Origin: Candidatus Roizmanbacteria bacterium CG_4_9_14_0_2_um_filter_38_17
Lineage (GTDB): Bacteria; Patescibacteriota; Microgenomatia; GCA-00278855
Reading direction: 5' to 3'
DNA length: 64,000 nucleotides
NCBI GenBank assembly: GCA_002788855.1
Contig: PFSB01000013.1
Span: 21,608-85,607 of the forward strand
Every line of letters begins with the position of its first letter. The stretch's first letter is position 1. The translations under genes and the position numbers were made by a program. Positions 30,441 through 38,462 of the stretch are shown here, in pieces. The notes below the pieces were generated by a model. It was not told where the DNA came from. It made no database searches and saw only the letters and a program-made list of their open reading frames with translations.

Positions 30441-30465
30441 GTAGTCTTCTTTTAGAGATAGCTTA

Positions 30466-30494
30466 TTGATTTAGGTGTGGTGCTCTAGTAAAAT
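30466..30494 (+). promoter_or_regulatory. Sigma70 promoter upstream of the tRNA-Lys-derived fragment and GIY-YIG gene
   Basis: TTGATT-N17-TAAAAT. Confidence 0.6.
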
Positions 30495-30506
30495 GAGCTT
30501 ATGTTT

Positions 30507-30556
30507 GGGTCGCTAGCTCGTTTGGCAGATCCGCCAGCTGGCGGACTTTAAGCTAT
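30507..30556 (+). pseudogene. 5' tRNA-Lys fragment carrying palindrome TCCGCCAGCTGGCGGA
   Basis: Identical to 30906-30955; homologous to the tRNA at 30817. Confidence 0.85.
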
Positions 30557-30809
30557 GTTCTATGTATACGTTGCTAGAAACATATCTACAGGTAAGAAGT
30601 ATATTGGTCAAACAATAGATCCTGCCAGTCGTTTAAAAAGGCATAATAAGAGCCTTTCTTCCAAGAAAAGTGGTTACATTTATAAAAACAGGGGACCTTG
30701 GGTGATAGTATACGCGGAAATGTATAAATCTAGAATGGAAGCGGTTACAAGAGAGAAGCAGTTAAAGACTTATAGAGGCAGAGAGTTCATTAAACGTGTT
30801 ATAATTTGA
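30555..30809 (+). CDS. Small GIY-YIG nuclease (UPF0213/SLX1-like)
   Basis: YVYV...YIGQT, RLKRHN, GPWVIVYAE, AVTREKQLK, GREFI. Confidence 0.92.
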   Translation: MFYVYVARNISTGKKYIGQTIDPASRLKRHNKSLSSKKSGYIYKNRGPWVIVYAEMYKSRMEAVTREKQLKTYRGREFIKRVII

Positions 30810-30816
30810 ACTCAAT

Positions 30817-30888
30817 GGGTCGCTAGCTCAATGGCAGAGCAGTAGCCTTTTAAGCTATTGGTTCTGGGTTCGAGTCCCAGGCGACCCA
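30817..30888 (+). tRNA. tRNA-Lys(TTT)
   Basis: Acceptor GGGTCGC/GCGACCC, anticodon loop CTTTTAA, T-loop TTCGAGT. Confidence 0.95.
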
Positions 30889-30905
30889 CAAATATTGGAG
30901 TTGTG

Positions 30906-31006
30906 GGGTCGCTAGCTCGTTTGGCAGATCCGCCAGCTGGCGGACTTTAAGCTATTGATTCTGGGTTTCCGCCGGTCGGCGGACAGGCGAGTTTTAAGGC
31001 GACCCA
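30906..31006 (+). pseudogene. Full-length pseudo-tRNA-Lys with two palindrome insertions
   Basis: Acceptor stem retained; TCCGCCAGCTGGCGGA in the anticodon arm, TCCGCCGGTCGGCGGACAGG in the T-loop. Confidence 0.85.
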
Positions 31007-31022
31007 CAAAAAATGAGTACAT

Positions 31023-31096
31023 GGCGTGTTCGTCTAGTGGCCTAGGACGCTACCCTTTCAAGGTAGAGACCACGGGTTCGAATCCCGTACACGCCA
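31023..31096 (+). tRNA. tRNA-Glu(TTC)
   Basis: GGCGTGT/ACACGCC acceptor, loop CTTTCAA, TTCGAAT. Confidence 0.95.
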
Positions 31097-31103
31097 CAGA
31101 TTC

Positions 31104-31808
31104 TTATTTTTTGTAGGATTTGTTGTAACAATTTTCAGCTTTTGTAAAGCCAGCTAGCTCTGCTTCTTTCTCTGAACAAAACCAGTTTTCACCCAAATCT
31201 AGCTCTACTACAGTGTTATTATATGGTGAGCAACCTGGGAAGTAATATAGCTTTGCACTTGCATTTCTTGAGCTTATATTTCCTTTAATTAAACATCCTT
31301 CTCTTGTTGAGGTTTTTTGAGTACATTTTCCGTGAATTCCAAGTTCTTGATCCTTGGCTACGTTCATTATTTGCCTCAACCTTTTAGCTTCGCTGGTATA
31401 TTCACTATCAACACGAGCATAGCCTTCTTTGACAAGTATCTCGTTTATAAGCTTGCCGTCCTCATAAACCAGTGCTAATTGACGTTGGTTTGAGTCGCGT
31501 CTTTGGTCCATTAGTCTTATACGTTTTCCTTCTACTAGTTCCTCAAGTCTTTGTTTAGCTTTATCACCCAAGCATAGTCCTAGGGCTGGGGTGTCTATGT
31601 CAGCAAGTCTAACTTTAAGCTGTGTATCAAGCATGAATGTGTCTCCATCTATTACATCCTGCACAAGATAACTAGCTTCAAGTTTTGCCTGGTGTAGCTG
31701 GGTATTTAGCAGATAAACTGCTATGTATAAAGGAAGGGTACTTATTCCAAGTAGGATGATAATTTGCTTATATCTTTTATTAAGCATCTCTTTTGTATAG
31801 TATATCAA
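31104..31808 (-). CDS. Membrane-anchored thermonuclease (SNase-like) with Cys-rich C-terminal domain
   Basis: VIDGDTF, VRLADIDTP, INEILVKEGYA; CLIKGNIS...WFCSEKEA..AGF; start may be a few codons downstream. Confidence 0.9.
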   Translation of the reverse strand: MIYYTKEMLNKRYKQIIILLGISTLPLYIAVYLLNTQLHQAKLEASYLVQDVIDGDTFMLDTQLKVRLADIDTPALGLCLGDKAKQRLEELVEGKRIRLMDQRRDSNQRQLALVYEDGKLINEILVKEGYARVDSEYTSEAKRLRQIMNVAKDQELGIHGKCTQKTSTREGCLIKGNISSRNASAKLYYFPGCSPYNNTVVELDLGENWFCSEKEAELAGFTKAENCYNKSYKK

Positions 31809-31878
31809 ATTAAAGTAAAAATTGATGCGACTCTTCTGGGTAGATTGCTACAAAAAAATGGTGGCTGACCCCATTTCT

Positions 31879-32667
31879 CTAATTAAACCTATTTAGGCCG
31901 AGGTCTTTGCTGATAGTAAAGCTTCGCTTAAAATACCAGATACTTGCTGATAACCAGATTATGTTTAGTACGATGCTAGCTAGAATATAATGAACTGGAA
32001 CAAAATGACCATTCAGGATTTCTCGCATAGATTCTAGGATGTATGTTGTGGGGATCATCCAGCTGACTGGTTGAATAAATGTAGGTAGCTTATCTACTGG
32101 GTAGAATATTGCGCTAAGTGGCAGAAGAAAACCTGGTAAAGTCCAGATTACAGTTTGTACTTTTGGTCCCCAGCGGAGCACTATTCCAGCAGAGATAAAT
32201 CCGATACTCCAGCCGGTTATGGAAGCAAGTAGGTAAAAAATTGGTAACCACCAACCCAGCACTAAGACATTAACAGTATAAAGAAAAAGAACGGCTGGGA
32301 TTATGAATGCTAATGTTATGAATGTTTTACCGACTGAGAGCAGGAGGACTGTGATAATCCATTCCAATACCGTAAGTGGGGTAGAGAATATATTTACGAG
32401 GTTATTATTCCATATCTCATCCATGAGATTTCGAGATATTTCTGCTTGGGATCGCCAGATTACATTCCAGAGCACCAGACCTAGAAGTATTGCAACAATT
32501 AGGTTTTGGGTGCCTGAAGTAGATGATAACCACTGACTTGTTACTCCCCAGAGCACAATATCTACCAATGGCCAATAGATCATGTCTGATAGAAGATCAA
32601 AGTCTCTTTTTAGCGGATAAAGGTGTCGAAGAGCTAGTCCTGAGATTCTAGTTAGTGAAATTTTCAT
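31879..32667 (-). CDS. ABC-2 type transporter permease
   Basis: About six TM helices, IFYPVDKLP, PTTYILESMR; next to ATPase. Confidence 0.9.
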   Translation of the reverse strand: MKISLTRISGLALRHLYPLKRDFDLLSDMIYWPLVDIVLWGVTSQWLSSTSGTQNLIVAILLGLVLWNVIWRSQAEISRNLMDEIWNNNLVNIFSTPLTVLEWIITVLLLSVGKTFITLAFIIPAVLFLYTVNVLVLGWWLPIFYLLASITGWSIGFISAGIVLRWGPKVQTVIWTLPGFLLPLSAIFYPVDKLPTFIQPVSWMIPTTYILESMREILNGHFVPVHYILASIVLNIIWLSASIWYFKRSFTISKDLGLNRFN

Positions 32668-32668
32668 G

Positions 32669-33601
32669 TTAGATACTTTTAGCTAAGAAATAATCCTCTA
32701 GTGTTGGCTTATCTATGCTTATCTGGGTATACTGAATTCCAGACTTTGCAAGCTTAGATAGGAATTCAGCGATCTGGGTCTCTTCTAGAGTAATAGCTAC
32801 CTCACGATTGTCTGATTCAATTTCTAACCCTTGTTCCTTTGAAAAATTAATTGTTCTTTTAAGTCCATCTTTAATAACAAGATGCATTTTGCAAGTGGTA
32901 ATGGTTTTAGCAAGATTTTCAGGTGTATCAGTAGCTATTATATTGCCTTGCTTTAAGAAGACAACTCTGGCGCAAAGATCAGTTACTTCTTCCATGTTGT
33001 GTGAAGTGTAGATTATACTCGTTCTAAATTCTTCCTGTTGCTTCCTAATAAAAAGCCTAACTTGATGAGCTATGTCTGGGTCAAGGGAGGCAGTTGGTTC
33101 ATCTAGGAGAACTATTTTGGGATGTGGAATAAAAGCTTTTGCCAACATAATACGAGTAATTTGCCCAGCAGATAATTGATTCATGGTTTTGTTTTTTTGA
33201 TTAAGAACTCCAAAGAACTTGAGGAAGCGTGTAGTGCGGTCATTAAATGTTGCTCCTGTTACTCCAAAAAGCCTGCCATAAACTTTAAGATTTTCCCAAA
33301 CGGATAATCTCCAGGGGAAGCTAATATATGTACTAGCGAAGGTGACAGACTGGAGAATTTCACTGCGGCTTTGTGCAAAATCCTTGTCAAAATAACTAAT
33401 TTCCCCACTGGTAGGAGTAAGTACACCTAATAACATTGCAATTGTGGTAGACTTGCCGGCTCCATTTGGTCCAAGCAATCCTAATATCTCACCATCTTGG
33501 AGCGAGAAACTAATTTTATTAACTGCACAGAAAGGTTTGCCTTTTTTTTCAGTAGGCTTGTACACTTTTGTCAGATTTTGGACATTAAGTACGTTTTGCA
33601 T
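32669..33601 (-). CDS. ABC transporter ATP-binding protein
   Basis: GPNGAGKST, LSAGQ, LLDEPT, TSHNM. Confidence 0.95.
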   Translation of the reverse strand: MQNVLNVQNLTKVYKPTEKKGKPFCAVNKISFSLQDGEILGLLGPNGAGKSTTIAMLLGVLTPTSGEISYFDKDFAQSRSEILQSVTFASTYISFPWRLSVWENLKVYGRLFGVTGATFNDRTTRFLKFFGVLNQKNKTMNQLSAGQITRIMLAKAFIPHPKIVLLDEPTASLDPDIAHQVRLFIRKQQEEFRTSIIYTSHNMEEVTDLCARVVFLKQGNIIATDTPENLAKTITTCKMHLVIKDGLKRTINFSKEQGLEIESDNREVAITLEETQIAEFLSKLAKSGIQYTQISIDKPTLEDYFLAKSI

Positions 33602-33708
33602 AACAGATAATTATATCATCGGTACCTTGCGTTTGAATAGTAGATAATATCTACGTGGATTTAGGAGAGGCCGTAGATATTAAGGTTGGAGTGTGAAAAA
33701 GTAAGCTG

Positions 33709-34265
33709 TTAGTTTTCTCCGAACCAGATGACTATTTCTCCCGCTGCGGCACCAAAGCCCAGTCCATTTCCTCTGACAAAGCCTGTGTCTAAGGCTCCGT
33801 CATCAAGAATTTTATCTATCATGATTATAGAACTTACACTGGAATTGCTCCTGTGCTATCTGATGAGTCTGTGCCTGGAGCATCGTCGTCAAAGACAACT
33901 GCACCCTCGAGAATACCGTCACTATCCAGATCATAGCCACCTATCCAGCCGATGTGACCTCCCCAGGTGTGCGCGTCCTGCCACTTTCCTGCATACGGAC
34001 CATCCCAGCCGGCAACACCTATGTCTGTAGTAAATGGATTAAGCGCTGTTGTTAATCGGTAGTCTGGTGGCCATATTCCTGTATCTATTTGGTACCTCAG
34101 AGCCATGTCCCGAATTTCTCTAGCGTGGCTAATTCCTTGAGTTACTCTTCCTCTCTCCATCGCACTAGAGAATACAGCCAGTCCTGCAGCAGCTAGCAGA
34201 CCAATAATAGCTATTACAACCAATAATTCTATTAGCGTAAACCCTCTATGAATAAATCTAGTCAT
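33709..34265 (-). pseudogene. Type IV pilin/GspG-like protein split by a 2-nt frameshift near 33836
   Basis: RGFTLIELLVVIAII prepilin motif; after GAIPV* the other frame reads VSSIIMIDKILDDGALDTGFVRG...WFGEN*. Confidence 0.8.
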
Positions 34266-34312
34266 AACTAAATGATAACAGATTGTTATTTGAATAGCAT
34301 ATAATTGCATCA

Positions 34313-34690
34313 ATGGAACTTGAGGAAGCGGTGGATATTAAGGTTAGACTTGAGAATATTATAAAGACTTTGGCAATCGAGTATATTAATCCGGATAGGA
34401 TTTTTTGCTTTAGAAGTCATAAGTCCAAAGCAAATGCTAGAGCGAGAATCTGGAGCATGCCGAGAATCTGGCAGATGGCCCTTAAGATCAAATCCTGCTA
34501 TGTAATAGAGGTTTTATCTGAAAAATTTGACAATATTTCCTATGATGATCAGACAAAAATCCTTATACACGAGTTATTACATATACCTAAAACTTTCTCG
34601 GGAGCACTAAGACCTCATAAGGGCAGATATATGACTGTGGGCCATCGTGAAGTTGATAAATTATATAAGCTGTTCAAGAAAAACTTATGA
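34313..34690 (+). CDS. Putative metallopeptidase (HExxH)
   Basis: ARARIW, YVIEVLSEKF, LIHELLHIP. Confidence 0.8.
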   Translation: MELEEAVDIKVRLENIIKTLAIEYINPDRIFCFRSHKSKANARARIWSMPRIWQMALKIKSCYVIEVLSEKFDNISYDDQTKILIHELLHIPKTFSGALRPHKGRYMTVGHREVDKLYKLFKKNL

Positions 34691-35373
34691 TTAGATTTAT
34701 TCACGGAGATAACCAGTTAGAGTCAAGAAATAGACTTAGTGAGCTGATCCAAGAAGCAGGAAATAAAGAAGTGGTTAAGTTGAGAGAGGTTAATTTAACA
34801 ACTATAAAACAAGCTCTTGAATCTAGTTCTTTGTTTGCTGAGGAAAGAGTTGTTGTAGTTGAGAATATAATTTCAGGAAGAGTTGATAAAAATGTTTTAG
34901 ATTATCTAAAGAAAGGCTTGTTTGAAAGTGACCTTTTTATTTGGGAAGGCAAGAAAATGGACGCCAGAAAGTTAGGATGGGTAAAAAAGAAGGGAAGGTT
35001 AGAAGAATATAGTTACCCAAAAGTGTTATTCAAGCTGGTGGAGGTAGTCGGGGCTGTTAGTAAAGGCGAAGTACTTGAGCTATTTAATGAAACGACTAGT
35101 CGAATGCCTGTTGAGCTTGTGTATTTTATGTTAGTTAGGCAGCTAAGGTTATTATTGCTAATTTCTCATAATGGGGTTGATGCAGCTATTAAGGAAACAG
35201 CAAGTCTACAGAGCTGGATGATAGGTAAGTTTAAAGCTCAGGCAAGTTCGATAGGGCAAGAGAGATTAAAAAAACTATATAAGCAAATTTTATATATTGA
35301 CTACCAGCAGAAAAGTGGTCAAGCAAATTTAAGCTTAAAGCAAACACTTGACATCTGGCTCTCGCAATTGTAA
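34687..35373 (+). CDS. holA: Probable DNA polymerase III delta subunit (short form)
   Basis: FIHGDN, SSLFAEERVVVVEN, MLVRQLRLL, IDYQQKSG. Confidence 0.75.
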   Translation: MIRFIHGDNQLESRNRLSELIQEAGNKEVVKLREVNLTTIKQALESSSLFAEERVVVVENIISGRVDKNVLDYLKKGLFESDLFIWEGKKMDARKLGWVKKKGRLEEYSYPKVLFKLVEVVGAVSKGEVLELFNETTSRMPVELVYFMLVRQLRLLLLISHNGVDAAIKETASLQSWMIGKFKAQASSIGQERLKKLYKQILYIDYQQKSGQANLSLKQTLDIWLSQL

Positions 35374-35389
35374 TATTTTCATACATCAT

Positions 35390-36808
35390 ATGAAAGTACC
35401 AGATAACATCTTTCGTGGATACGATATCCGTGGACTTGCGAATACTGAACTTACCAATGAGAATGTTGTGGCAATTGCCCAAGGCTATGCAACTTATCTG
35501 ATTGGTAGAAGAATTTACGATACTATTCTTGGAAGAGACTGCAGACTATCTAGTCCCAGGATACATGAAATCGTCGTTAGAGAGCTAATAGAGTCAGGAA
35601 TAACAGTTTATGATATTGGAATGACTATTTCCCAGATGACATACTGGGCTAGCTATTATTTCCGAAGCAAGGGTCTAATGATGATTACCGCTTCCCACAA
35701 TCCAAAAGAGTACAACGGCTTTAAGCTAGGAACTGGTTTTTCAGAGACCATGGTTACGGAGGAAATAATTGCTTTTAAAGATATTGTACAAAAAGGAAAA
35801 TTTAAGAAGCTAGATAAAAAAGGTGAACATATAGAGAAAGATGTGTTCAAGGAGTATATGGAGGATTTATTTAGAAGAGTTCCACCGCATACAATTGGTA
35901 AATTTAAAGTAGTCGTGGATTCCTTAAGTGGTAGCACAGGGCCATTTTTACCTGAGATACTCCGGATGGCAGGGTGTGTGGTGGTAGAGAAAAATACAGT
36001 GCCAGATGGAAATTTTCCAACAGGAACACCAGATCCTACTGAAAGTGAGCATTTGGAAAGATTAGCTAAGGATGTTGTTAAAGAAGGAGCAGATTTGGGT
36101 TTTTCATATGATACAGATGGTGACCGAGTAGGGATAGTGGATAATAAGGGTAACCTGTTGTGGAATGATACATTGGTATCTATCTTCGCTCGTGATGTTT
36201 TGGAGTTTATGCCAGGGTCATCAATAGTGTTTAATACGCTTTGCTCAAAACAAGTTTCAGAAGTGATCGTATCTGATGGTGGAAAGCCGGTGATCTGGAT
36301 GACAGGACATTCGTTTATTAAGGCAAAGGTAAGAGAAATTGGGGCGCCATTTGGTGGTGAGCTATCTGGTCACTTTTTCTTTATGGATAACTTCTATGGA
36401 CACGATGATGGAGCGATTGCATCTTTAAGAATATTGGCGTATTTGACTAGGAGAGAGAAATCGTTAGCGGAGGTTGTAGCTGAATTACCCCAGTATATCT
36501 CAAGTCCTGAGATTAAGTTGGGTTTGGCTGATAACATTAAATTTAAGCTAATAGAGAACGAAATCCAACAAGATATTAGGAAGCTCTATCCGGATGCAGA
36601 ATATGTTACTATTGATGGAGTGCGAATGGATACTGAAGATCGGATGCTTATTATTCGCGCATCCCAGAATGGACCATACATAACTATAAAGTTTGAGGCT
36701 AAACACCAGGAAGATTATGACCAAATGAAGACACAAATTGAAACAATGTTAAAGAAATATGACCAAATAAAGTTTGATGAGGGTGTAAACATTCACGCAT
36801 TTATGTAA
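35390..36808 (+). CDS. Phosphomannomutase/phosphoglucomutase
   Basis: FRGYDIRG, ITASHNP, DTDGDR, GELSGH. Confidence 0.96.
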   Translation: MKVPDNIFRGYDIRGLANTELTNENVVAIAQGYATYLIGRRIYDTILGRDCRLSSPRIHEIVVRELIESGITVYDIGMTISQMTYWASYYFRSKGLMMITASHNPKEYNGFKLGTGFSETMVTEEIIAFKDIVQKGKFKKLDKKGEHIEKDVFKEYMEDLFRRVPPHTIGKFKVVVDSLSGSTGPFLPEILRMAGCVVVEKNTVPDGNFPTGTPDPTESEHLERLAKDVVKEGADLGFSYDTDGDRVGIVDNKGNLLWNDTLVSIFARDVLEFMPGSSIVFNTLCSKQVSEVIVSDGGKPVIWMTGHSFIKAKVREIGAPFGGELSGHFFFMDNFYGHDDGAIASLRILAYLTRREKSLAEVVAELPQYISSPEIKLGLADNIKFKLIENEIQQDIRKLYPDAEYVTIDGVRMDTEDRMLIIRASQNGPYITIKFEAKHQEDYDQMKTQIETMLKKYDQIKFDEGVNIHAFM

Positions 36809-37839
36809 TGAATCTAGAAGAAAGAATAATAAAATACGATAAAGGGAATTCATTTGGATCACTAAAGGAGTTGCCAGACCAGTTTACTCAAACTTGGGAA
36901 GATATTCAAAGCTTAGATTATGGAGATAAATATAGAGATATAGATAATATTGTAATTGCAGGAATGGGAGGATCTGCCTATTGTTTTTATGTTGTCCAGT
37001 CTCTTTTTGGAAATCAGCTAAAGGTTCCTCTTATTTTATCCAACGACTATGGACTACCTAACTTCGTAAATGAGCGCTCACTGGTAATTGCTTCATCTTA
37101 CTCTGGATCTACCGAGGAGACAGTAAGTGGTGCACAGGAAGCTTTAAAAAGAAAAGCAAAACTTACTTTTATTTCAAGTGGTGGCCAGCTTAAAAATATA
37201 TCTTCGACTAATAATTTAACAGGATATTTCTTTGATCCTAAACATAATCCAGCTGGGCAACCTCGAATGGGTCAGGGATATATGCTCCTAGGCACAATTG
37301 GTATTTTATATAAAATGGGACTAATACAAGTAAATGATAAGGATATTAAAGACAGCATTCAGGGACTAAGAGAAAGTATGGCAGACTTATCTAAGCAAGC
37401 GACGGCTTTAGTAGATATGTTTAGACAGCAATATCTTCTTTACATTGGAGCAGAGCACTTAAGTGGCAATATACACATTATGAGAAACCAAACGAATGAA
37501 ACAGCAAAACAATTTGCAATGTATGCTCTGATTCCAGAACTTAACCATCACCTTATGGAAGGACTGTTGTATCCAGAGAAAAATAAGCCATATTTTGTAT
37601 TTTTTAACTCACAACATTATTCAGAGAGAATTAAAAAGCGTTTTTTGCTTACTGATGAAGTTGTAAAAAAGAATAACGCCAGTACTGTGAGTATATCAGT
37701 AGGAGGTGAATCGAAGATAGCTGAATTTATGAGAATGCTTGCATTTGGTGGATATCTGACTTTCTACCAAGCTATGGATTATGGTCTAGATCCGGCTAAA
37801 ATTCCCTGGGTAGACTACTTCAAAGAAAAACTTGCTTGA
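36808..37839 (+). CDS. Bifunctional phosphoglucose/phosphomannose isomerase (SIS)
   Basis: AGMGGSA, SSYSGSTEET, QPR, NETAK, PELNHH. Confidence 0.9.
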   Translation: MNLEERIIKYDKGNSFGSLKELPDQFTQTWEDIQSLDYGDKYRDIDNIVIAGMGGSAYCFYVVQSLFGNQLKVPLILSNDYGLPNFVNERSLVIASSYSGSTEETVSGAQEALKRKAKLTFISSGGQLKNISSTNNLTGYFFDPKHNPAGQPRMGQGYMLLGTIGILYKMGLIQVNDKDIKDSIQGLRESMADLSKQATALVDMFRQQYLLYIGAEHLSGNIHIMRNQTNETAKQFAMYALIPELNHHLMEGLLYPEKNKPYFVFFNSQHYSERIKKRFLLTDEVVKKNNASTVSISVGGESKIAEFMRMLAFGGYLTFYQAMDYGLDPAKIPWVDYFKEKLA

Positions 37840-37847
37840 GGTCTTTG

Positions 37848-37898
37848 CCTCTTGATCTTACTTAACCCTGTTATAGTGGATACATGACACATTCTCCA
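37848..37898 (+). repeat. Duplicate of the ppsA promoter and first five codons
   Basis: Matches 38423-38477 except one missing ACTT unit and one substitution. Confidence 0.9.
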
Positions 37899-38313
37899 GC
37901 TGATTGATCTTAGTTTAGGAGGAGTTCACCATAGTTGGGAGGAAGATGATCAGAAGTATCCTCATGGAAATATCTTAGACATAGATCCTGAACATAATAG
38001 GATTGAATTTTTGCGTAGACTACCCAAAGTTCTTAATAATGGTGAAGAGGGGAAAGTAGTACAGCTTCTTAGTACAAATTATTATTGTATGAGTAAGTAT
38101 GTAGTAAATAACCACTTCGAAAATAAATATACCAATACAGATGATAGTTTCCATCATTTGTTTGTTAAATTGGGCAAAGTTGATGTGCAGACGGTAGGAG
38201 GTAAAGTTACTGTTAGTGCTGGTCATTCTTATTTTATACCAGCTGCAGCTGGTAGCTATTCACTTGATTGCGGAGGAAAGTTGTCGGAAGTAATCGTTTC
38301 CTATATTAATTAA
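37897..38313 (+). pseudogene. C-terminal remnant of a cupin protein, probably type I mannose-6-phosphate isomerase
   Basis: GGVHHSWEED, SFHHLFVKLGKV, GHSYFIPAAAGSY; no N-terminus. Confidence 0.6.
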
Positions 38314-38366
38314 CGTAACCATAAAATAGATTAAGTATGACTTTGGAGCTTGATTGAAAGGTTTTT

Positions 38367-38398
38367 GTAAGGTTAAGCCTTACTTGAAGCCTTACTTG
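38367..38398. repeat. Palindrome family C, copy 3, with 12-bp tandem duplication
   Basis: GTAAGGTT-AAGCCTTACTTG-AAGCCTTACTTG. Confidence 0.85.
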
Positions 38399-38462
38399 AG
38401 TTTTATCAACACACCCTAGTTCCCTCTTGATCTTACTTACTTAACCCTGTTATAGTGGATAC

